A stretch of 32,000 nt of DNA, taken from contig LR594584.1 of assembly GCA_901538445.1 (NCBI GenBank), forward strand, positions 2,667,586 through 2,699,585. The letters are read 5' to 3'. Source of the DNA: Gemmataceae bacterium (GTDB lineage Bacteria; Planctomycetota; Planctomycetia; Gemmatales; Gemmataceae). A program made the translations under genes and the position numbers. The notes beneath the pieces are model-generated. The model worked only from the letters and a program-made list of their open reading frames with translations, was not told the DNA's origin and made no database searches. Below are positions 7,253 to 16,128 of the stretch, in pieces (the first letter of the stretch is position 1; each line of letters starts with the position of its first letter).

Positions 7253-8035
7253 ATGCTCATCGACACGCACACGCACCTCTTCGACGGCCGGTTCCGCAAC
7301 GACCTCCCCGCGGTGCTGGAGCGCGCCGCGGCCGCCGGCGTCGAGCGCGCCGTGTGCCTCGGCATAGACCGCGAGTCTTCACTCCAGTCGGTCGCCATCG
7401 CCAATCAGTACCCGCTCGTCGTCGCGGCCGTCGGCATTCAACCGAACTCGGTCGCGGAGGCGGTGCCGGGCAACTGGGAAGCGGTGGTGCGGCTCGCCGA
7501 GACGGAGCCGCGGGTGGTCGCGATCGGCGAGACCGGCCTCGACCGCTACTGGGACAAGACGCCGTTCGCGCAGCAAGAAGAGATGTTCGACCGGCACATC
7601 GACCTGGCCCGGCGGCTCGGCAAGCCGTTCGTGATCCACTGCCGCGAGGCCGAGGCCGACGTGTTGAAGGTGCTGCGCCGGGAGTTTGCCGCTCACGGAC
7701 CGGTGCGGGCGGTGATGCACTCGTTCAGCGGCGACCTCGCCACCGCCCGCGCGTGCCTGGAAATGGGCCTGTACGTTTCGTTCGCCGGGATGGTGACCTA
7801 CCCGAGCGCCCAGAACCTCCGCGACGTCGCGGCGGAGGTTCCGCTCGACCGGTTGCTCGTCGAGACGGACTGCCCGTACCTCGCCCCGCAGCCCGTCCGC
7901 GGGAAGCGGAACGAGCCGGCTTTCGTGGCGCACACGGCGGCGCTGCTCGCGCAGGTGAAAAGCGTGTCGGTCGCAGAACTGGAAGAACACACCACGCGGA
8001 ACGCACGCGCGCTGTTCGGCCTCGCGGCCGGGTGA
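7253..8035 (+). CDS. tatD: TatD-family metal-dependent hydrolase/DNase
   Basis: MLIDTHTHL start, plus GETGLDRYW, FVIHCREA, MHSFSG and LLVETDCPYLAP motifs. It is 260 aa and starts 5 nt after the nuoN stop. Confidence 0.9.
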   Translation: MLIDTHTHLFDGRFRNDLPAVLERAAAAGVERAVCLGIDRESSLQSVAIANQYPLVVAAVGIQPNSVAEAVPGNWEAVVRLAETEPRVVAIGETGLDRYWDKTPFAQQEEMFDRHIDLARRLGKPFVIHCREAEADVLKVLRREFAAHGPVRAVMHSFSGDLATARACLEMGLYVSFAGMVTYPSAQNLRDVAAEVPLDRLLVETDCPYLAPQPVRGKRNEPAFVAHTAALLAQVKSVSVAELEEHTTRNARALFGLAAG

Positions 8036-8051
8036 GTGCGGGCGTCTGTGG

Positions 8052-8210
8052 TCAGCGCTTCTCGCCCTTCGCGGCGCCCTTCTGCAACTCTTCGAGCTTC
8101 TTGATCGACTCGGGATCGGTCGGCACCGGGGCCGGTTGCGGCTGCGAGTCGCCGCACCCGGTCAGCACCACCGACACGAACAACGCGGCCAGGAGAGCGG
8201 AGCGGGTCAT
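8052..8210 (-). CDS. small lipoprotein (52 aa)
   Basis: ATG at 8210 inside track ORF 8052..8513(-). MTRSALLAALFVSVVLTGCGD has a signal peptide and lipobox (LTGC). It lies 20 nt downstream of the DUF1559 gene on the same strand. Confidence 0.55.
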   Translation of the reverse strand: MTRSALLAALFVSVVLTGCGDSQPQPAPVPTDPESIKKLEELQKGAAKGEKR

Positions 8211-8230
8211 GGCGGTCCTGGGGGAGAGGG

Positions 8231-9106
8231 TCAGTTGTCGAAGGTCACCACGCCGCCGTCGGACCGGCTGCACATCCGCATGAACTGGACCGGGTCCACC
8301 TCGTACCGAATGAACCGCACCGCACCGTCGCCGAACACGGCGTTCATGCCCGAGATGTGAGCCGAGCCGAACCGGTAGTTCTCGTCGTCCGGCACGCTCG
8401 CGTCCGGCTTGTCCTGGGCCGGGGTCCACCAACTCGACCCGTTCGCCTTGGCCCCGCGGATGATGTCCCCGTCGATCCCCGGCCCGGCCCAGAACTCGTT
8501 GTCCGAGCAGCACGTCTTTGCGGTGTTCATGATCTTCTCGCCCACGAACAGGGTGTTCGAGGTGCCGTCGCTGATCGCCTGCATGGTCAGAACGCCCGGC
8601 TGGTTGCCGTTGTTCGAGCCCCGGCTGCGGACCAGCGGACCGGCGGAGGACGTCGCGGGGGTGGAGTATGGGTTAGTTCCGCCGTTGCCGGCATAATCGG
8701 CCCGGTGCCCCCCGCTCACCACTCGCGGCGCGCCCCGGGCCGGGCAGGTGTAGACCAGCAGCGGCGTCGCCCGGATCACCGCGTTGCTCGTCTGGCTGTG
8801 GAGTTGGCCCTGCTCGAGGTGGGGGAGGATCTCGTAGGCCCAGCCCCAGTCGAGGCGGTTCTTCGGCGGGTTGTCCGTGCCGTCGTGCGGCACCTCGGTT
8901 CCCGCCGTGGGAAGGTACCCGGTCACGTCGTGATACCCGTGGACCGCGAGGCCGATTTGCTTCAGGTTGTTCTGGCACTTTGTCCGGGCCGCGGCCTCGC
9001 GGACCTTCTGGACGGCGGGGAGCAGCAGACCGATGAGAATCGCAATGATTGCGATCACCACGAGCAGTTCAATCAAGGTGAATGCGCAGCGTCTGAGCGA
9101 TGACAT
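8231..9106 (-). CDS. DUF1559 domain protein (prepilin-type N-terminal methylation signal, H-X9-DG C-terminal motif)
   Basis: ATG at 9106 with GAGGGG upstream. N-terminus [49 protein letters not shown]. The C-terminal [18 protein letters not shown] is H-X9-DG. The rest of track ORF 8231..10045(-) is antisense to the next gene. Confidence 0.9.
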   Translation of the reverse strand: MSSLRRCAFTLIELLVVIAIIAILIGLLLPAVQKVREAAARTKCQNNLKQIGLAVHGYHDVTGYLPTAGTEVPHDGTDNPPKNRLDWGWAYEILPHLEQGQLHSQTSNAVIRATPLLVYTCPARGAPRVVSGGHRADYAGNGGTNPYSTPATSSAGPLVRSRGSNNGNQPGVLTMQAISDGTSNTLFVGEKIMNTAKTCCSDNEFWAGPGIDGDIIRGAKANGSSWWTPAQDKPDASVPDDENYRFGSAHISGMNAVFGDGAVRFIRYEVDPVQFMRMCSRSDGGVVTFDN

Positions 9107-9308
9107 CGACCCCTCGGAGATGTGGTGAGGGAACAGAACGGGAGATCCACGCGACACTCGATTTGTAATCAAAATCTCACAATTCCGCCAGTGAAATACG
9201 CTTGTTTTCCGCGGCTCCGGGAACGGAACTGGCCCCGGGTCGGGGGGTTGAAGTTGGTAGGTGGGCGATCGCCCGCGACACACATTCATCCGCGAAGAGG
9301 GCATCGAG

Positions 9309-11021
9309 ATGCCGTACCGACCCCTGGTTCTGTTTCTCCTGACCGCCGCCGGTGCCGTCGTGCTCGGCGAGGCCACGCCCGTCGAGGCCCAGACCGCCCA
9401 GGAAAAGAAGCAGAAGCGGCTCGAAAAGTTCCTGAAGAAGAACGCCAAGCCCGACGAGGCACCCGCCAAGCAGCCCGAGGTACCGGTCGCGAAGCCGGTC
9501 GCGGTGGCCGACCCGGTCAAGGCGAAGGACGCCGCGGCGCTGGCCCGGTACATCGACGGCGAGATCGCCCGCGGCCTCGCCGAGGAGAAGCTGTCCCCAT
9601 CTCCGCGGTGCTCGGACGACGAGTTCCTCCGCCGGGCGTACCTCGATATCGCCGGCACAATCCCAACAGCCGATAAGGCCCGTGCGTTCCTCGACTCGAA
9701 GGACGCCGACAAGCGCGCGAAGCTCCTCGACGAGCTGCTCGCCGACCCGCGGTACGGCCGGCACCTCGCCGACGCCTGGACCGCGAAGCTGTTCCCGGCC
9801 GACTCCGCGAACCGGTTCGTCCTTAAGGAGCCGCTCCACAAGTGGTTCGAGGCGCAGTTCAACGCGAACGCCCCCTGGGACCAACTGGTGACCGCACTGG
9901 TGACCGCCGAGGGCTCGGTCGAGCAGAACCCGGCCGCGACGTACTTCCTCGCGAACCGCTCGGTCGATAAGCTCGCCGACACGACCGCCCAGCACTTCAT
10001 GGGCATCCAGCTCCAGTGCGCCCAGTGCCACAACCACCCGTTCACGACCTGGAAGCAGACCGAGTACTGGGGGATGGCCGCGTTCTACTCGAAGGTGGTC
10101 GCGGACCGGCCGAAGAACGCGAACAAGGGCGGCGACAACACGAAGATCGGGGTCCACGAGGGGCCGGCCCAGTCGCGGGCGAAGGACTTCTTCCCCGAGT
10201 CGGCCAAGACCGTGCCGCCGAAGTTCCTGGGCGGCCCGGAGCCGAGCCTCGGCACCCGCGACCCGTACCGCCCGGTGCTCGCCAAGTGGCTCACGTCGCC
10301 CGACAACCCGTACTTCGCGAAGGCCATCGTGAACCGCACCTGGGCGCAACTGTTCGGCCGCGGGTTCGTGAACCCGATCGACGACATGCTCGACGAGAAC
10401 CCGGCCAGCCACCCGGACCTGCTCGCGGGCCTGGCCCGGCACCTGTCCACGACCGGCGGGTACGACCTGAAGTACCTCGTCAAGGCCGTGTGCCTCACCG
10501 ACGCCTACCAGCGCACGAGCCGACCGACCCCGGACAACAAGGACGACAAGTACCAGTTCAGCCACATGACGATGAAGGCGATGTCGCCGGAGCAACTGTT
10601 CGACTCGCTCGCCGAGGTTACCGCACTCGGCAAGGCGGCCGGCGGCAAGCCCGACAAGAAGCAGGCCGCTGCCGGCAAGGGCGCGCCGGCCGGTGCCCGG
10701 GCGCAGTTCGTGAACTTCTTCCTCGCCGGGGCCGAGGTCACCAGCCCCGTCGATTACGAGGCCGGCATCCCGCAAGCGCTGCGGCTGATGAACTCGAACA
10801 TCGCCAACAACCCCGCGGCCGTCCGCGGCGTGGTCGGCAGCGCCACCAAGCCCGAGGAGGCGATCGAGCGGATCTACCTCGCCGCCCTGTCCCGCCGCCC
10901 GACCGCCGACGAGATGAAGACCCTCACGCAGTACGTCGCGAAGGCCGGCACCCCAACGACCGCCTACGGCGACATCCTCTGGGCCGCACTGAACAGCAGC
11001 GAGTTCACGCTCATCAGGTGA
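9309..11021 (+). CDS. DUF1549/DUF1553 domain protein (PSCyt2/PSD1 type), secreted
   Basis: ATG at 9309 gives the signal peptide [22 protein letters not shown]. It has [13 protein letters not shown], the [10 protein letters not shown] motif, NPYFA.A.VNR.W..LFGRG.V.P.DD, and the C-terminal ...ALLNSSEF.. ending. It precedes a DUF1501 gene, which is the usual pairing. Confidence 0.85.
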   Translation: MPYRPLVLFLLTAAGAVVLGEATPVEAQTAQEKKQKRLEKFLKKNAKPDEAPAKQPEVPVAKPVAVADPVKAKDAAALARYIDGEIARGLAEEKLSPSPRCSDDEFLRRAYLDIAGTIPTADKARAFLDSKDADKRAKLLDELLADPRYGRHLADAWTAKLFPADSANRFVLKEPLHKWFEAQFNANAPWDQLVTALVTAEGSVEQNPAATYFLANRSVDKLADTTAQHFMGIQLQCAQCHNHPFTTWKQTEYWGMAAFYSKVVADRPKNANKGGDNTKIGVHEGPAQSRAKDFFPESAKTVPPKFLGGPEPSLGTRDPYRPVLAKWLTSPDNPYFAKAIVNRTWAQLFGRGFVNPIDDMLDENPASHPDLLAGLARHLSTTGGYDLKYLVKAVCLTDAYQRTSRPTPDNKDDKYQFSHMTMKAMSPEQLFDSLAEVTALGKAAGGKPDKKQAAAGKGAPAGARAQFVNFFLAGAEVTSPVDYEAGIPQALRLMNSNIANNPAAVRGVVGSATKPEEAIERIYLAALSRRPTADEMKTLTQYVAKAGTPTTAYGDILWAALNSSEFTLIR

Positions 11022-11171
11022 GTGTTGGAGAGTGTTTCGAGTGTTGAGTGTTGGGAGTGTTTCGAGTGTCGCGGAGGGCGTCGAGCGCTCTCCCGGTGGC
11101 ACCGGACATCCCGGCCACAAACACTCTCCAACACTCCCAACACACAACACTCGAAACACTCTCCAACACTC
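11020..11171. repeat. 152-nt palindrome built from GTGTT-type short units (G/T-rich arm, then C/A-rich arm)
   Basis: Arm 11020-11061 pairs with 11130-11171 at 41 of 42 positions by hand pairing (single A/A mismatch at 11047/11144). There is a 68-nt central region. Further CCCAACACTC units extend to 11181. The element begins inside the DUF1553 stop codon and ends 19 nt before the DUF1501 ATG. Confidence 0.85.
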
Positions 11172-11190
11172 CCAACACTCCGAGTTTCCC

Positions 11191-12456
11191 ATGTTGACCG
11201 AGAAGACCCGCCGCGACTTCCTCCGCCTGAGCGCCGCCGGGGTGTTCGCCCCGACCCTTTCGGGGTGGATGCCCGTGATGGCGCGGGCCGCCGAGGCGAC
11301 CGGCCGCAAGCCCGCCAAGTCGTGCATCCTGCTGTGGATGGACGGCGGCGCGAGCCACAAGGACACGTTCGACCTGAAGCCCGACAGCAAGGGGGCCGGC
11401 GAGTTCAAGCCGATCAAGACGAGCGCCCCCGGCGTCGAGATCAGCGAGCACCTGCCGAAGATCGCCGGGGTCATGAACCACGGCGCGCTCGTCCGCGGGA
11501 TGAGCACCCCGGAGGGCGCGCACGCCCGGGCGAAGTACTACGGGCACACCGGGTACCGCGAGGGCCAGGGCGGGCTCATCTACCCGTCGCTCGGCGCGAT
11601 CGCCTCGAAGGAACTCGGCAACCCGGACGGCTCGCTCCCGAACTTCGTCGCCATCGGCGGCCGCAGCTTCGGGTCCGGGTTCCTCGGGCCGAAGCACCAG
11701 CCGCTGCTCATCACCGACGCCAACCGCGGGGTCGAGGACCTCAAGGCGTCGGCCGCCGCGACACAGTTCGAGAACCGGCTCGGGCTGCTCGACAAGATGG
11801 AGAAGGCGTTCCAGCGCGAGTACCAGGCCGACGCGATCACCGACCACAAGACGACCTACGAGCGGGCCGTCCGGCTCATGCAGTCGAAGGAAGCGAAGGC
11901 GTTCGACCTGTCGGCCGAGCCCGCCGCGGCGCGGAGCAAGTACGGCACCGGCCGGTTCGCCGACGGCGTCGTGATGTCCCGGCGGCTGGTCGAGGTCGGG
12001 GTGCCGTTCGTCGAGGTCAGCCTCGGCGGGTGGGACACGCACCAGGACAACTTCACCCGGGTGAAGAACCTGTCGTCCCAGATCGACCCGGCGATCAGCG
12101 CGCTGGTCACCGACCTCAAGGAGCGCGGTCTGCTGGAGACGACTCTGGTGGTGTGGATGGGCGACTTCGGCCGCACCCCGAACATCAACGCCCGCGGCGC
12201 GAACCCCGGCCGCGACCACTACCCGCGGGCCTGGAGCCTCGCCATGTGGGGCGGCGGCATCCGGGGCGGGGCCGTCGTCGGGAAGACCGACAAGGAGGGC
12301 GCGACCGTGGTGGACCGGCCCACGACCGCCCAGGACTACCTCGCGACCGTGTGCGAACTGATGGGCATCGACCACACGAAGAAGAACGAGACGGCGACCG
12401 CTCGGCCGATCACCATCGTCGAGAAGCCGAAGCCGTTCACCAGCCTGATCGTGTGA
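11191..12456 (+). CDS. DUF1501 domain protein (sulfatase-like fold) with twin-arginine signal
   Basis: ATG at 11191. MLTEKTRRDFLRLSAAG is a Tat motif. It also has LLWMDGG.SH.DTFD.KP, GGWDTHQDNF, V.WMGDFGRTP and GRDHYP motifs, and is 421 aa. Confidence 0.9.
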   Translation: MLTEKTRRDFLRLSAAGVFAPTLSGWMPVMARAAEATGRKPAKSCILLWMDGGASHKDTFDLKPDSKGAGEFKPIKTSAPGVEISEHLPKIAGVMNHGALVRGMSTPEGAHARAKYYGHTGYREGQGGLIYPSLGAIASKELGNPDGSLPNFVAIGGRSFGSGFLGPKHQPLLITDANRGVEDLKASAAATQFENRLGLLDKMEKAFQREYQADAITDHKTTYERAVRLMQSKEAKAFDLSAEPAAARSKYGTGRFADGVVMSRRLVEVGVPFVEVSLGGWDTHQDNFTRVKNLSSQIDPAISALVTDLKERGLLETTLVVWMGDFGRTPNINARGANPGRDHYPRAWSLAMWGGGIRGGAVVGKTDKEGATVVDRPTTAQDYLATVCELMGIDHTKKNETATARPITIVEKPKPFTSLIV

Positions 12457-12500
12457 CGGGCGCAGGACGGCTGGTGCCGCAAGTACGCTTGTGAACGCCG

Positions 12501-12527
12501 AGAGGCCGGGGAAGTCCCCCGGCCTCT
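12501..12527. terminator. GC-rich hairpin in a convergent spacer (terminator-like, no U-tract)
   Basis: AGAGGCCGGGG (12501-12511) pairs with CCCCGGCCTCT (12517-12527), an 11-bp stem with a 5-nt loop. It lies 45 nt after the DUF1501 stop. Confidence 0.4.
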
Positions 12528-12541
12528 TCGCTGCGCCCCGG

Positions 12542-12568
12542 CGGATGAAACCTGACTCGGTTCATCCG
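12542..12568. repeat. short hairpin CGGATGAA..TTCATCCG
   Basis: 12542-12549 pairs with 12561-12568 (8 bp), plus CC/GG after a one-base bulge. Confidence 0.4.
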
Positions 12569-12591
12569 GAACTCGGAGAGGCGAGCCGCGG

Positions 12592-12667
12592 CGGTCTGGT
12601 CCGAGCCCGAGCGCCGAGCGAGGGTCAACGTGAACCCTCGCTCGGCGCTCGGGCTCGGACCAGACCG
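12592..12667. repeat. 76-nt perfect palindrome (34-bp stem, 8-nt loop)
   Basis: 12592-12625 is the exact reverse complement of 12634-12667 (CGGTCTGGTCCGAGCCCGAGCGCCGAGCGAGGGT / loop CAACGTGA). It lies between convergent genes, 17 nt from the oxidoreductase stop. Confidence 0.85.
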
Positions 12668-12684
12668 ATCGACCGGTGCCGGTA

Positions 12685-13977
12685 TCACACCTTCCACTTC
12701 GCCCGCGGCTCGCGGGACAGTTCCTTGTTCGCCGCGTCGTCGTTCGCGAACGTCTCCTTGGCCGGATCCCACGCCAGCTTGCGGCCGAGGCGGTAGCCGA
12801 TGTTGCCGAGGTGGCAGATCGTCGCGGAGCGGTGCCCGGTCTCGGCCGTGCAGATGGTCTCCTTGCCGCTCCGGATGCACTCCAGCCAGTTCCCGTGGTG
12901 GCTGTTCGACGGATACACGCGCTTGTCGCCCTCGGCGATCGGCGTCTTGAGGACGTCCGGCGAGATGCTGCTGATCCCGCCGCGGCTCACCAGGATCGTG
13001 CCCTCGGTCCCCTCGAACACGCAGTCCGCCTTGATCTCCTTGCCGTCCTTGTCCTTCTCGAACTCGTTGTGGATCATCACGACGCCGCTGGCGTACACGA
13101 ACTGCAGCCCCTTCCCGCTCTTGGGGTTCTCCGGCGGGATCACCTCGGTCGGGCCGCTCTTGTCCATGCCCATCGCCCACTGGGCGATGTCGAAGTGGTG
13201 CGCGCCCATGTCGGCCATCGCGCCGCCGGCGTACTCCTGGTAGTTCCGCCACGCCGGGAAGTGCGTGTGGACGCCCTTCGGGCACAGCACCTCGTTGTAC
13301 GCGCGCTCGGGGGCCGGCCCGAGCCAGAAGTCGAAGTCGGTGCCGTCCGGAGCCTGCTGTGCCGGGAGGTCACAGGGCTTGGCGGGACCGCCGACGCCGA
13401 TGCGGATCGTCTTCAGCTTCCCGATGCGGCCGTTCCAGACGTACTCGACGGCCTTGCGGAAGTGCCCGCCGAACTCGCTGCGCTGCTGGCTCCCGGTCTG
13501 GAAGACGATCTTGCCCTTCGCGACCTCGTCCACGATCCACCGGCCCTCGGCGACGTTCTGCGTGAGCGGCTTCTCGCAGTACACGTGCTTGCCGGCTCGG
13601 GCCGCGAGCACCGACGTGATCGCGTGCCAGTGGTCGGGGGTCGCGATGACGACCGCGTCGAGCCCCTTGAGTGCGAGCAGTTCGCGGAAGTCGGCGAACG
13701 CCTTCACGCCCTTGTAGTCGCCGGACTTGATCCGGTCGGCGTACTGCTTCTCGACGGTCGCCTTCGCGCTGTCGAGCCGCTCCTTGACGACGTCGCACAC
13801 GGCGACGACCTCGACTTCGTTGCGGCCGAGGAACCTGCCGAGGTGCCCGCGGCCCATCGTCCCGACGCCGATGAACCCGACGGCGATCTTGTCGTTGGCC
13901 GCGACGCCCGCGGCACGGGAGCACACAAGGGGGGCCGCAGCAGTTGCTGTGAGGAAGGTGCGACGGGTCAAACTCAC
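12685..13977 (-). CDS. Gfo/Idh/MocA family oxidoreductase with twin-arginine signal
   Basis: GTG at 13977 with GGAG upstream gives (M)SLTRRTFLTATAAAPL, a Tat signal. It has the Rossmann motif VGFIGVGTMGRGH, the VYCEKPLT motif and a C-terminal GFO_IDH_MocA-type domain. The upstream half of track ORF 12685..14685(-) is antisense to the WD40 gene. Confidence 0.9.
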   Translation of the reverse strand: MSLTRRTFLTATAAAPLVCSRAAGVAANDKIAVGFIGVGTMGRGHLGRFLGRNEVEVVAVCDVVKERLDSAKATVEKQYADRIKSGDYKGVKAFADFRELLALKGLDAVVIATPDHWHAITSVLAARAGKHVYCEKPLTQNVAEGRWIVDEVAKGKIVFQTGSQQRSEFGGHFRKAVEYVWNGRIGKLKTIRIGVGGPAKPCDLPAQQAPDGTDFDFWLGPAPERAYNEVLCPKGVHTHFPAWRNYQEYAGGAMADMGAHHFDIAQWAMGMDKSGPTEVIPPENPKSGKGLQFVYASGVVMIHNEFEKDKDGKEIKADCVFEGTEGTILVSRGGISSISPDVLKTPIAEGDKRVYPSNSHHGNWLECIRSGKETICTAETGHRSATICHLGNIGYRLGRKLAWDPAKETFANDDAANKELSREPRAKWKV

Positions 13978-14122
13978 GAGAGGACTCCAGCGGGGAGGTG
14001 GGGTGGGAGTGGCATCATACTCCCGGGGCCGGGCAGCCGGAAGGAGGTACTTCGCACCGGGCACAAACTTTGCAACACCCGCCGTGCCGGAATCGCCCGC
14101 ACACCATCCACGGGAGCTTCCG

Positions 14123-15040
14123 ATGACGTGCGGCCTGATGCTCACCCTGCCCCTGCTGGTGACCGCCCAACCACAACCAATCGAAATCGACGACCACACC
14201 GCCGACGTGTTCTCGCTCGCGTTTAGTCCCGACGGCAAGCTCCTCGCCTCGGCCAGCAAGGACCGCACGGTGCGCCTGTGGGACGCTGCCACCGGCGAAC
14301 ACGTCCGCACCCTGAAGGGGATCGCCGGCGACGCGCTGCGGGTGGCGTTCTCGCCCGACGGCAAGCGGCTCGCGTGCGGCGGGGCCGACGGCACGCTCCG
14401 CACCTGGAACCCGGCGACGGGCGATGCGGTCCTGAACGTCAAGGCGCACGGAAACTGGGTCGCCGGCGTCGCGTTCAGCCCCGACGGCAAGCGGCTCGCG
14501 ACCGCCAGCGCCGACAAAACCGCCGCCGTGTGGGACGCCGAGCGCGGCACGCGGGTGGCCGTGTTCCGCGGCCATACCGAAGAGGTGTGGGCGGTCGCAT
14601 TTTCGCCCGACGGCAAGACCGTCGCATCGGCCGGCAAGGACAAGTCGGTTCGCGTGTGGGACGCCGCGACGGCGAATGAGATCAAGACGCTCGGCGGCCA
14701 CGAGAGCGAGGTGTACTCGCTCGCTTACAACGCGGCCAGGGCACTCGTGAGCTGCTCGGCCGACAAGACCGTGCGTGTCTGGGACGTGGGCAAGGGCGAG
14801 GCGGCGCGGTTCGGTACGCACGCTGGCGGTGTGTACACCGCGATTGAGAGCGGCGACCGGGTGTACGTCTCGGCGAGCGACAAGACGGTTCGTGCCCTCG
14901 ACCGCGAGACGGGCAAGCCGGTCCAGGTGTTCCAACCGCACAAGGCCGACGCCTACGCGGTGGCGGTCAGCCCGGATGGGAAGCGCGTCGCCACCGGCGG
15001 CAAGGACCGGCTCATCCGGGTGTACGCGCTGGGTAACTGA
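14123..15040 (+). CDS. WD40-repeat beta-propeller protein with N-terminal signal peptide
   Basis: ATG at 14123 with GGGAG 6 nt upstream. The leader is MTCGLMLTLPLLVTAQ. Seven repeats follow of the form V.S.AFSPDGK.LAS...D.TVR.WD..TG. Confidence 0.85.
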   Translation: MTCGLMLTLPLLVTAQPQPIEIDDHTADVFSLAFSPDGKLLASASKDRTVRLWDAATGEHVRTLKGIAGDALRVAFSPDGKRLACGGADGTLRTWNPATGDAVLNVKAHGNWVAGVAFSPDGKRLATASADKTAAVWDAERGTRVAVFRGHTEEVWAVAFSPDGKTVASAGKDKSVRVWDAATANEIKTLGGHESEVYSLAYNAARALVSCSADKTVRVWDVGKGEAARFGTHAGGVYTAIESGDRVYVSASDKTVRALDRETGKPVQVFQPHKADAYAVAVSPDGKRVATGGKDRLIRVYALGN

Positions 15041-15047
15041 TCCACTT

Positions 15048-15110
15048 GGCGAGCCGCGTCAGTCATGACGCGGGTCAGCGTTACCCGCGTCATGACTGAC
15101 ACGGCTCGCC
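15048..15110. repeat. 63-nt palindrome (28-bp stem with one mismatch, 7-nt loop) in a convergent spacer
   Basis: 15048-15075 pairs with 15083-15110 at 27 of 28 positions (C15057/A15101 is the mismatch). The termini are GGCGAGC...GCTCGCC. It fills most of the 81-nt gap between the WD40 stop and the esterase stop. Confidence 0.85.
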
Positions 15111-15121
15111 GAGGCCCATGC

Positions 15122-16048
15122 TCACTTCTTGTCCTTGTCGAGCAGGTGCTTGTCGAACCAGTCGGCGAGCGAGACGAGGTCCTTCTCCTGACCGGGCCAG
15201 CCGTGGGCCGCACCCTTCTTGACGACCAACTCGGCCGGGACGCCAACCTCCTTGTACTTCGCGACCACCAGTTCCGCCTGCTGGATCGGCACGAGCTTGT
15301 CGGCGTCGCCGTGGATGATGAGCGCCGGGGCCGAGTCCTTGGTGATGTGGTACACCGGCGAGATCTGCTTGCCGATGTCGAGCCGCCGCTTCTCGTCGGT
15401 GATCGGCACGAACGTGCGCGTCTCCAGGTTCATCTCGTGGAAGTCGAACGGGGCCTTGAACCCGCTCAGGGTGCCGACCCCGATGGCGATCTCACCCTCC
15501 TTGCCGTAGTTGAGGAAGTCGGTCGGCGGGTAGAAGCACGCGATCGCGGCGACGCGCGACGACTCGCGGTCGACGGGGTCCTTGGCCTTCGGGTCGCCGG
15601 CCTTGAAGGCGTTACCCTGCATGAGCGACAGGTGCCCGCCGGCCGAGCCGCCGGCGATGCCGATCTTGTCGGGGTCGATGTTGTACTTCTTCGCGTTCGC
15701 CTTGATGAACCGCACCGCCCGGTGCATGTCCTCCAGCACCTCCGGGATCGTGAACTTCGGCTGGCTCCCGTGGACCACCTCGAACACGGTGTACCCGCGG
15801 TCCAGGAACGGCTTGGCGAGCCCCGCGTTGACCCCGGCGTGCGACGAGAACCACCCCCCGCTGACGCACCAGATGATGCCGCGACCGTTGCCCTTCTCCT
15901 TCGGCGCGAACACGTCGAGCGTGAGCGCGGTGCCGAACTTGCGGCCGTAGATCACGTCCTCGGTGCGGGTGGAGGTGGCGTCTTGCGCGAGCGCCGGGGT
16001 CGCGAGGCCGAGGGCCAGAACTGTCGCGAGCAGCGAGCGAGTGAGCAT
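15122..16048 (-). CDS. alpha/beta hydrolase (esterase/lipase or prolyl-oligopeptidase-type), secreted
   Basis: ATG at 16048 gives the signal peptide MLTRSLLATVLALGLATPALAQ. The nucleophile elbow is IAGGSAGGHLS (GxSxG), with the acid in IIHGDADKLVP and His in AAHGW. Confidence 0.85.
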   Translation of the reverse strand: MLTRSLLATVLALGLATPALAQDATSTRTEDVIYGRKFGTALTLDVFAPKEKGNGRGIIWCVSGGWFSSHAGVNAGLAKPFLDRGYTVFEVVHGSQPKFTIPEVLEDMHRAVRFIKANAKKYNIDPDKIGIAGGSAGGHLSLMQGNAFKAGDPKAKDPVDRESSRVAAIACFYPPTDFLNYGKEGEIAIGVGTLSGFKAPFDFHEMNLETRTFVPITDEKRRLDIGKQISPVYHITKDSAPALIIHGDADKLVPIQQAELVVAKYKEVGVPAELVVKKGAAHGWPGQEKDLVSLADWFDKHLLDKDKK

Positions 16049-16128
16049 GTGGGGTCTCGCGGGAAAAGGGTTGCCCGCGATCTTACCAGAGCAGTCGCCC
16101 CGTGCAACGACCGGCCGGTGTGCCCGCG

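Noticed and set aside
9107-11507. Long minus-strand ORFs 8231..10045 (upstream part) and 9177..11507 across the DUF1553 gene
   Set aside because: The DUF1559 protein has a canonical N-terminus and Shine-Dalgarno motif at 9106. The remainder is antisense to a well-supported DUF1549/DUF1553 gene and is low-complexity.
13978-14685. N-terminal 236 codons of track ORF 12685..14685(-), with a striking periodic LPSG(E/L)NAT repeat
   Set aside because: The periodicity is the antisense image of the WD40 FSPDGK repeats on the plus strand. The oxidoreductase has a proper Tat signal and GGAG-preceded GTG at 13977.
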